NCBI GenBank assembly: GCA_965207375.1
Contig: CBDBMG010000001.1
Location: 128,001-192,000 of the forward strand
Reading direction: 5' to 3'
DNA: 64,000 nucleotides
From: Nitrosopumilaceae archaeon
GTDB taxonomy: Archaea > Thermoproteota > Nitrososphaeria > Nitrososphaerales > Nitrosopumilaceae
Part shown: positions 54,396-64,000 of the stretch, piece after piece
Layout: each line of letters begins with the position of its first letter
Numbering within the stretch: the first letter of the stretch is position 1
Program-made: the position numbers and the translations under genes
The notes under the pieces: model-generated
What the model was told of the DNA's origin: nothing
Database searches by the model: none
What the model saw: only the letters and a program-made list of their open reading frames with translations

Positions 54396-55266
54396 GTATA
54401 ATATACGTATTTATTATTGAGAGGATAAGCAGAAGGGTTCCGGATAGGCTATAAATGAAGGCATTCACTATGTCCATGTATACATGCTGATCAGAAACCC
54501 TACAAGGGATATTAAATGAGAAGTAACTGCATATACAACTGGCAGGATGTAGCTAGTTAGTTATAACTATAACATAAAGTCCTTTTATGGGCAATTCCCA
54601 AAATGCACTGACTGGAAAAGTAGCAGCTGATCATCAATTGGTGAACTGTTATTACAAATATGGAAGTAGCTATGTAGCTATATCACACATTGGGTGAAAG
54701 CATTTTTGCAACAGCCGTTATGTAGCTATAGCATGCATGTATATTTTGTATCCTCGTATATAGTTAGTAATTTTGGTTGGTGTATTGTTTACAGTTATGG
54801 TATTTACAGTAGCTACTAATCACTTGTGTATTATCAAGCAATGTAAAGTCATTTCTTAGCTACATGTCGTACACATATTGTATTCAAAAATTTCCAAATA
54901 CTCTGTTCTGTGTAATATAGCCAATTGGAAATAATCGTGTTGCATTGTCTCTGAGTTGCAATAATTGGAGTGCATCTTTTCAATTCTACCACAGATGCAT
55001 AATTATATGCACGTGCACATCGTGATAAAAATTATGTTGTAAATTTTGTATATCACACATCTCTAATTGCTATATCTAGATCTTTCAATTTTGAAGTCCC
55101 TCTATAACCTATAGATAGCTGGGATGACCACACTGGCAGCAACAGGAAGAAACCAGAACATTTGTGGAGTAGCTACAGTTAGAAACCTGAGTTGACCAGT
55201 TTCCTAAAATCTCCAAATTAAATGTCATACTAAAGTGAAATAACCTACCTACTGTAGGTATATACT

Positions 55267-55699
55267 ATCTCAATCAAAAACACCCTGGGTGTAAAAAAAG
55301 GAGCGGCCAAGAACTAAAAAAAAAGAAAAAAGGCCTGGATAAAAAAGAAGTGAAATCAAAATGGGCGGCCAAGGCCTATGTAGTGTTACTGCTGATGGAA
55401 ATAAAAATTTTAATAATCACAAGTCAGGCCGCAAAACATTAACATCTGCTAATGTTTTGCGGCCTGAATTGTGATTATTAAAATTTTTATTTCCATCAGC
55501 AGTAACACTACACAGGCCCTCTGTTAATGTTTTGCGGCCTGACTTGTGATTATTAAAATTTTTATTTCCATCAGCAGTAACACTACATAGGCCTTGGCCG
55601 CCCATTTTGATTTCACTTCTTTTTTATCCAGGCCTTTTTTCTTTTTTTTTAGTTCTTGGCCGCTCCTTTTTTTACACCCAGGGTGTTTTTGATTGAGAT
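55267..55699. repeat. Palindrome with 178-bp arms and a spacer that is an extra repeat unit
   Basis: Arms 55267-55444 and 55522-55699; spacer duplicates the start of the right arm. Confidence 0.95.
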
Positions 55700-56484
55700 T
55701 TCACTTCTTTTTTAGAAAAAACAGGTCAACTATTAGCTGTAGCTATATAGTCAGCTTCCATGCATGAGCATTAAATTACTGTTTGAGGGTGTATCATTCT
55801 TTTAAATTGTGTATAAAGTTTTGAATTTCTTTACTGATTTCATAGCTACAGCTATGAATGTGTGGTGAGCAATGTTTCTCTATCAATTTTAATTTGGCAA
55901 TGTGAGTCATGATACGATTGGAAAATTACTAAATGGTAGGCCTGAGTCAATTTTTGCTCAGTTCAGGAATTTCTATATACTTACAGATTAGATATGCTCT
56001 ATTAGAATATTTCTACCTTGATTGTTCTATTAGAGAGATCATTCTATTCAACGTTTAATTCACCCAATATACTAGCAATATGCTAGCCTTTATTATACTG
56101 GCATAGATAGCTATTTGATGCAGGCTTATACATTTATATATACCTGTAAATTGAACCACCTATAGTTGGATTAAGCTAGTTGTAGCTACAGCTTTTTCAG
56201 TAATTATAAACTGGTTTACATTAATTAGCTATTATGTATAATTTACCCATGAATGTGATGTGACAGCTAATTTTAATATGATGAATATCAAATTTTTATT
56301 ATAGTGTAAGCCACAGTGAGCACAATACAGGATAAATTGAAGGGTTGATGATCTGATATCGTCAGGTTCTACCTCTCTAGACAGCAACTCTTTGTGACCA
56401 TTATACAGCACAGGTGGTATATAGGAGCTACATTGGGAGAATTCATTGCTAAACCGATAGCTAGCCAGTTGCTATAACATGTAT

Positions 56485-56717
56485 GTGACTGACCCTGCAA
56501 AAATCAACAACGTAGCTATGTAGTTGCACAAAATCACCTAATTTGTTCATCATACTTATGCTCTATTTATAGTAGCAATCTACAATTTTCATCATAATGC
56601 AGTATCTTTTGAAATTTGTAGAATGATATTAGCTACTCCTTTAAAACTAAGATATTCATGAATATCTAACTAGGTGTAATTTGTGCTCACATGATTGATT
56701 TTCACAGGGCCTGTCAC
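56485..56717. mobile_element. Sola1-like MITE, diverged
   Basis: GTGAC...GTCAC termini; flanks GTAT / ATAT. Confidence 0.5.
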
Positions 56718-57529
56718 ATATTTGCAAGTCAAGTAGCTGAAAATGTTAATTACATGGATATCTGGCATACAATTACATCCAGTAATCAGTTGCTGTGTTG
56801 TGACAACATACACAAGAATTTCTCTGCAAAGATAGTTGAACACAGCAATACAAAACAAGTAGCTCGCTAGCTACCTAGCAAGAGAGTTTGGAGTGGCAGA
56901 CTATGTAGCTATGCATACATACTTTCCTTGCACATATGTTAGTGTAACCTTTAATATGGTTTAATTCTTTAACTATGTATAGCTGTACTTTAATAAATTC
57001 ATATAAAACTAAGAATTGTTACAGTATTGTTAAGTGTAGTTTCTTGAACTTTCTCTGAAGATGCCTGCCATTAAAATATTTTCTTCAGTGGGGTATTGGA
57101 TATTGACTGTTGTGATTCTATGACACATTCAGGAGGGTGGTCATTTACGTATGGTAAGTCAGCTATTAGTCACAATGCTAAACTAGCATTGTGTCCAGGG
57201 CCCACCACCGTGGAGGTTGCTGATTTCGGGCCCCACCACCACCATCCCCTCCACCACCACGTAAAATCATCATCATCGTCGTCATCATCCTTATCATCAT
57301 CATCTTCTTCATATCATCATATCATCATCAACTTTACAAACATTTTGATTTCATAAACACCGTTGTTGTTGTTGTTGTTGTTGTTGTTATCATCATTTAC
57401 CTATATAAAAACATACAAGATAATCAAGACAATACATGCAGCTACAATGTGGTACTAATCAGTGAGCGAATTCTATCATCTTCTTCACCCAGTTTAACAT
57501 GCATGAAGAACATGAACATCTAAAAGCAA

Positions 57530-60500
57530 TCAGCGATGACCTGAAGGTTGTTTGGCATAGAATAAAATATAAACATCACTGTTGGTTTCTGGTTCTAATG
57601 CCCTTGTTAAATGATAATCATTGACCAATGTCCATCCTCTATTCTGCTTGTGATAGGAGGTGTAATGACCTGAGAGTGCACTAGGGCCATGATGGCTAAC
57701 AATGTTGTGCACTTTGTAGCACTGCCCTTGCACACTTATAGTACCGCTGGTGACATCGTCTATAGAAACTCTTAGTTTGTGTGGTATTCCATCTACTCCA
57801 ATCACGTACAACTTAAGCTGTACAACAATAAGTTCACTAGCTCCGACCAGTTCTTGACGCGTCTGAAAAACAGCTCCATCGGCATTGCATGTACTGCAGT
57901 GTGAACCCAGCATGGTTTCCCAATCGCCTAATTTTGCCAATAATTCGTGTAATCTCACTGTGGTTGAGTCAGCTGGTATCACTAATGGCAAGATAGTGTT
58001 AGCTTCATGTCTACTGCTTGTGTATGTGCAGTTGGAACATCGTAGGTATGTTGTAATGGTATACTGTAAGCAGTTTTTAAAGGTGTACAGAACATGGCTA
58101 ATGCTTCTAAAAATTCAGCTGCATCTTGTTGTCTATTAACAGAAAAGGGTGCTCGAAGCAGTTTACGAACAGATCTGCTGGTAAGAAGGTCGACCTTTGT
58201 AGGATCAACATATAGTTATGAGCCAAATCACGAAGCACAGAATATCTACTAATTACACATGCATTTCTGACAGACCTGTGCTGCAATAAGCATTGTAATA
58301 TTGAGTTTGCATAACACGAAACACAATCATTGTTGGTAAACCCCTTACACTTGTTAAAAGTCAAACTGGTGCCTCCTGATGTTGTGCCATACTCAGCTGC
58401 AGTGTTGGTTGTGGTTGTTGCTGTACCTACTGTTGGGGTTGTTGTTGGAGATACTGTAGTAGGTCCAGTTGTAGTTGTGAAACTTGCTGTTGTGTATGTC
58501 ATAGTTGTTGGTGTAGTTGTGGTGGCTTCGGTTGATACAGATGTGGTTGTCTTCATTCTGTGCGATTTAGCAAAAATGGTTCGTGGTGATGTTGTAGTGC
58601 AATGCCCAGCTTCTCTTCTGCTACTGTCCTTAGCTGCTGTTGTTTTCATAGATGCAACAGTATTTTTAAGGTGATAAAATAATATTAACACGTCTTTTCC
58701 TCCACGAGGCCAAGGGGCAGTAGAGGCAGCCAGATCCTGAAAATGTAGCCACTTTTTTCCTTTAGTTGACAGTATGGCAAAGTAATGACAACTTGGTCTA
58801 CTGCTGGGTAAAAGGCTAACAGCTGACATGAGTTTGTATGTACTACTACCTATTGTAATTGAACTATCTGGTAAGGATATGATGTTTGTCTTTCGCTTGA
58901 TAGTATTACCATCAATGCTACTCCACACATCCATCTGCAATATCAGTACATGTTTGGCATTTACAATTTCTGTACGCACTTTCACTGGATGCTCGCAAAC
59001 ATCACAGAACTTATCTGCTGACTGAGTCCAATCCATGTACATTTACATTAGTTTGGTCAATTTCAAGCTTTTCACTGATGTCGGAATGAATAGTGGAATG
59101 ATGTGCTGTTGGTTTTCAGTAAAACTAGCAATGTTACAGTGGGTACACTAAATGTGCAATCTCACAGTATGCTGAAGTGCGGAGCTTAAGTGTGATGAAT
59201 GGTGCACTAGTGCTTGTAAAAATGCAACAGGACTTTGAGTATGTGGTCCATCAAAAGGCGCTCCTAGTTCCTGCCGGAGCTGTAGACAATCCAAATTACA
59301 CTCAGCCGTTGATGTATATGCATCACACATATCCTTGATAGCTGTACTAGTGCTCTGCTGCATAGCCTGACATACAGCAGGAGACAACAATAGGCATTGC
59401 ATAACTGAATTAGCGTAACTAGAGACGCCATCAGTATTGACAAATCCCTTGCCTTTGAAGGTAACATCTTGAGCTGGTTGGTTGACAGGTTGTTGTACTG
59501 CAGATGCAGACCTGATTGTGCACCACTGTCTATCATCAATTGCTTTGGGACGTCGTTTAGGGAGAACAAATGGTTGCATGTTAGACCTGAAATCTTTTCT
59601 AAGCCGATTATACTCTAAAATTGCTGAATCCAATGCCTTGATAGATCTAGGATCAAAGTTGATTAGGTGCAGGCCTTCAATAGTTTTAACTCTTGAAAGA
59701 GCTACATAAGCTTGACCACAGGTGAAGACAGTGTTGCCGATATCTGTTAAAACATGGTTGAGTGTGAGCCCTTGGCTCTTGTGTATTGTTATGGCATATG
59801 CAGTGGTTATAGGAAACTGAGAGCGAATGACATATACCTTGTCAAACACCTCAAACTTAGTAGTGACCCTTTTCAAGTGATGCTCTTGATTGTTACTGAA
59901 CATGATGGTTACAGTATCCACCTTGTTTGCATGATCAATGCACCATTGAACATTGCGAATCGTTCCAATTGCTCCATTAACCAATCCCAAAGTGACATCT
60001 ATGTTGCGTCGTAGCATAACTTTACAGCCTACTTTTATAGTAATTGTATTCTCTAGACCGGCAGTGTGAGTGGAGTCTTCTGAATATTTTGCTAGTTTTT
60101 GTTTAACAAGGGTTGCTGAACAGTCTACACTGTCTTCTGCAACAATGCTATACCGTTCACCAGTAAGACCCTTCAGCACCTCTGCATTGATCTGTTCACA
60201 CATATGTCTAGTTGGCAATAGACATACTGTGTCCTCTGGTAGCTCTGCAAGCTTGGACACGATTTCCTTCATGCGTTCGTTCACTGTGTCACTCCTAAGC
60301 GGTATCTTGCAATTTGACAATATTTTGATATCACTCGCTGAAAGTGCACCTAACCGAACCCTACCAAGTAGTTCAATAAATTCACCATGTTCCTTCTGTC
60401 TCATGTTGATAGTAAGTTCATCATAGCTGAACAATCGGCTCCAGATATCAGCACCTCCTACAGAACCAGTGTGTTTGTTAACAATGGTAGATGTCAGTGG

Positions 60501-61343
60501 AATGTACACTGGACTTTCAAATACAGGTGGTAACTGTAACAAATCACCAAACACCAGTATATTTTTGCAACCAAACCAACCATTTTCCATTTCTTCTGTT
60601 TGAAATATCTCAGTCAATCGGAGATGTATATATAGCAAAGTAACATGACTAACCATTGAGATCTCATCTATTATGAGCAATATCAAATTATGCAGACGTT
60701 GCCTAACAATTTTGAGGCTGTCATCTGATAGTGGACGATACTGTGGAGTTTTACCATGCTCCACAGGTAACTGCAATAACCGATGAATGGTTAGGCCGTT
60801 TATGTTGAATGCAGCAATTCCTGTTGGAGCAGTGACTGCAACATGTTTGTCAGTTGCTGAGCAAACCCATGCTTTGATTGTCTTAATTAGATAACTCTTG
60901 CCAGTACCACCACATCCACTGATGAACATTCGCAATGGCTCTGTATTGTCAGCTTGTGATGTCAGGCACTGGGCGTGCACACTGTTTCTAACTGTGTCAA
61001 ATACCCTCAACTGATCTTTATTTAAATTTTCTATCATTGTATTAACATCAGTGTCGTCATGATCTATCAAAGCAGCTTCAAAATCTGCTATAGCTTCCTT
61101 AGCCTCTGAAACCCCATGCAGTAATGGATCATTTTCATGTGCCTCTTTGTTGGAATTTTGTTCTTCAATCTCCATCTGAGTACGACACTTGTCTATTTCC
61201 ATCCTAATGGTCTTGTCTTTGCCTTGATATTGCTGTAAGCGATTGTGGTAATTTACAGCATCTGCAGATTCAGCTGTGAAGGAATAAAATGCTTCGGCAT
61301 ATGTTTCACAATCACACAATAGACTTTCACAGTCCCTCCACAA
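57530..61343 (-). pseudogene. Helitron-type PIF1 helicase fused to two tandem USP (peptidase C19)-like domains; Rep domain missing
   Basis: Walker A GCGGTGKS, APTGIAA, IIDEISM, GDLLQLPPV, NMRQ, TIHKSQGLTL, GQAYVALSRV; then USP boxes GFVNTDGVSSYANS and GFTNNDCVSCYANS, QQDAAEFL, HHGPSALSGHY; 2 in-frame stops and 2 frameshifts. Confidence 0.85.
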
Positions 61344-64000
61344 TTATTGGATTTTGATTATCAGGCAAATAAAATGGGCTGGTCTGGTCAAAGATAATTT
61401 TATGCACGTACCATACCATATTCTACAGGAGCACTATGCAGATGCTCTTATCTGTAATGGATCCTGAGGGTGTTAGAAGAAGATGATAAAACCGGCTAGT
61501 CCGACGAGTTTATCAAAACAAAGTAGGAGCTTCATAATACAACACAATTCAATTTAAAAATTGCTATAGGGTCAAGATTTTGTCTGACATTTAGATGGTT
61601 ATGATAAACTCAAGCCTTATGGTTTTGCATTTCATTATTGATTAACCATAAGGCATTTATGAGATCGTCCACCTACTGTTGCCGTCAACGACAGTTCCTC
61701 TAATCAGGAGGCTCTGGCCATTAAAGATAAGGCTTCTGCCAAATTGGCTAATGTTGACATAACAGTCTACCAGTATTTGTCTTTGATGAAGAACAACCTA
61801 TTCCATTGTCCTTGGCTGCTACTGGGAATGATGACTTTATCAGAGTAACCACTAAGGATGAGAAAAGCAAAATGAAGATCAAGAGAGACAGTGTAAAGCT
61901 GAGGAAGAAGAAATTACAAAGTCAAATCATTCCACAAGGAAATCATCTAAACACCATCAACTTCAAGAACAGTCATTTCCTTTCCACAAGAAGATCAATC
62001 ATTATCTACTTGGCATGCAACAACCAACACATCATCAATGAAGGTGTTGGTCAGACTACTTATATGACTGCTGCTCATTCATCCACAATTCCCTTGGGGA
62101 TTTTCAGTTATTCCCTACAGTACTTCTAACCACAGGTAGCTAGTTAGATTGTATTTTCAATTTGGAGATGTACTTATTAAGTAGAAATTTGTAAACATAT
62201 ATAGCCAATGATTTGTGACATATAGCTACTTCTTCATGTAAATATATGTTTCTTTTATATATTTAATTCATTCAGCTTTGATAATGATGAGGCTGATGTA
62301 GTAGCAAGTGGTCGAGGGGATGGCCATGAATTTAGCAACCTCCATAGTTCATTTCCGTAGCACATGCAGCCAGGACCCTAGCAGGGATGTGATGTGGCTC
62401 ATGAAGCTGAACGTTTCCTAAATGTTATGTTTAAAATTAAAATTTATTAATGTATAATTACAATGAGTAGGCAGATAGATCAGTTGGACATATACATATA
62501 TGCATCCAGACACCTTTAATATGTTGTTTGGTTACCTATAGCTAATTCAGGATTGAATCCGATTGGAGTCAATTCATATATCCGGATCAGATGGGTCACT
62601 TTCTCTGGAAAGCTGTAATACTCTCTTATATAGCAGTCATAACCTCAGAAATCATGACTGTTCTATTAGAGAGTATCGATCTATTCTTGCTATAATTACG
62701 GGTCATCATTTATGCGAGAAAAGTACACATACTTTACTTGCTTTGTTAGTATCCTGCACTATTAGACAAGTGCCTGATAAAAATCCTGGTCAATAAATTA
62801 TACGGCTTATTATTCAAAGCTGATATAAGCGCGTCTTTAATTTTTCGTCGAAAATTACACCTACTTGTTTTGTTAATCATAAAATCGGCAATATTGCTCT
62901 GATTTACAAATCCTTCAAAACGGTCCACTTTTAATGTTACATTAGTGCCTAATAAAAATTTCAGAGCAATGGCACAAACAGTTTTTCCGGTAGGTGTGTC
63001 AACAAATTGGTAAAAATATTATCGACTATCGGTCATATTTTCGTCAATGTTACCTGTAATCGTACCAAATTTTATGGAGATATAGGGTTTAGGGAGTGCT
63101 AGTAGTGTACCAAATTTCATAGTATTCGCTGCACGAGAAGATTGTTTACGCACGTATTTATCGTCTGGTGCAAAGAAGAAGAAAATCCGACAAGTTTCAG
63201 GGGCTCGTATCTCAGGAACCGCTGGGGCTATTCCTCTCAAATTTAGTATGTAAGGTACTGTATATGGTGACATTAAAATATGTAGAATTAGTAGAAATAG
63301 ACGCCATAGTTTTTGAGTTATGATAGGCTGAAAACGGCTACTTGACCGGTCGCGTAAATAACACACTTGTGCTCGCGCGTCTTTCTTGGCCGCTGACACA
63401 CTACCGTGTGTCTTGATCTATGAGAAATTAATCAAGTGCATTGGTCATATTTCCGGTTACTCATTAGAGACCGCAGGCAAGAGTGGAAACAATTATCAAA
63501 GTTGATCATGATTTATATTTTAGTAGTGGAAGCTACTTGAGGCTACAAAAGAATACAATATAGCCAAGTAATGTAGCTATATTCCTTGTCACTGATCTTA
63601 CACAATTGCAACCTTGACCTACATGCTCCTGAGATGCTCGGTTCTTCTTTCACAACATTATTTCACACTGTGTCTATCAACAGCAGCAGTAGTTACTACA
63701 CGCACTGGCAAGACACACAAAAATAGCTAACTGATGCACTATACAGAGACTTTCTCTTTTTATTAAGTTAGTAAAGATTATGATTTGAAATAATCCAGTT
63801 ATATGTTTTCCTCCTGATATAGCTAGCTATATCACAATCTGTCGTGGTCGAGGTCTTTCCGAGGGTCTGTCACGATAGGAGGAGCAAAGAATCATCTTGA
63901 AAAGAATGGCCACTGAGAAAGACAAAACACAAACCTCACAATCATAATTATTTATGATGTTAAAATGAAGCAATTGCATCCTTTTCCATCACCTATAACC

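Larger units (their letters stand above)
55267..63417 (-). mobile_element. Decayed Helentron-like rolling-circle transposon, family B (inferred boundaries)
   Basis: 5' ATCAA plus GACACAC-GGTA-GTGTGTC hairpin plus AGCGGCCAAGAA (63383-63394); exact inverted 12-mer at 55302-55313 followed by an ACACCC-A-GGGTGT palindrome and T run; PIF1 helicase in between, same orientation. Confidence 0.6.

Noticed and set aside
58330-58674. Hydrophobic Val-rich plus-strand ORF
   Set aside because: Antisense shadow of the Thr-rich linker between the USP domains.
59148-61343. Host PIF1 or viral helicase gene
   Set aside because: Intronless in an intron-rich genome, decayed, Helitron-like upstream region, Helentron-type termini nearby and no viral core genes.
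63019-63399. 126-aa minus-strand ORF
   Set aside because: Lies in the 5' non-coding repeat region of the Helentron-like element; no protein motif.

Overview
AT-rich eukaryotic (animal) genomic DNA. Short GT-AG introns (about 45-70 nt), Calx-beta, Ig, sushi and IgGFc-binding-protein N-terminal (FCGBP-N) exons suggest a sponge, probably a demosponge (inference). Plus-strand exons encode extracellular adhesion/immune-type proteins: Calx-beta (1175-1607); a sushi-7xIg-sushi gene (10823-17180); a disrupted FCGBP-N + Ig segment (29210-32573); and Ig-Ig-Calx-beta-TM exons (46342-51120). The rest is dense in transposons: a decayed KolobokE-like element, hAT, MULE, P-like, Harbinger, Sola1-like and CACTA-type MITEs with visible target-site duplications (TSDs), Gypsy and DIRS/Ngaro remnants, and many long palindromes. 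The most notable item is a decayed Helentron-like element (about 55267-63417, minus strand). Its PIF1 helicase reads in frame into two tandem USP (peptidase C19) deubiquitinase-like domains, the first degenerate and the second with intact catalytic motifs. This element and a second non-autonomous family both end in a long 3' foldback. All family assignments come from motifs read by eye; no database searches were run.
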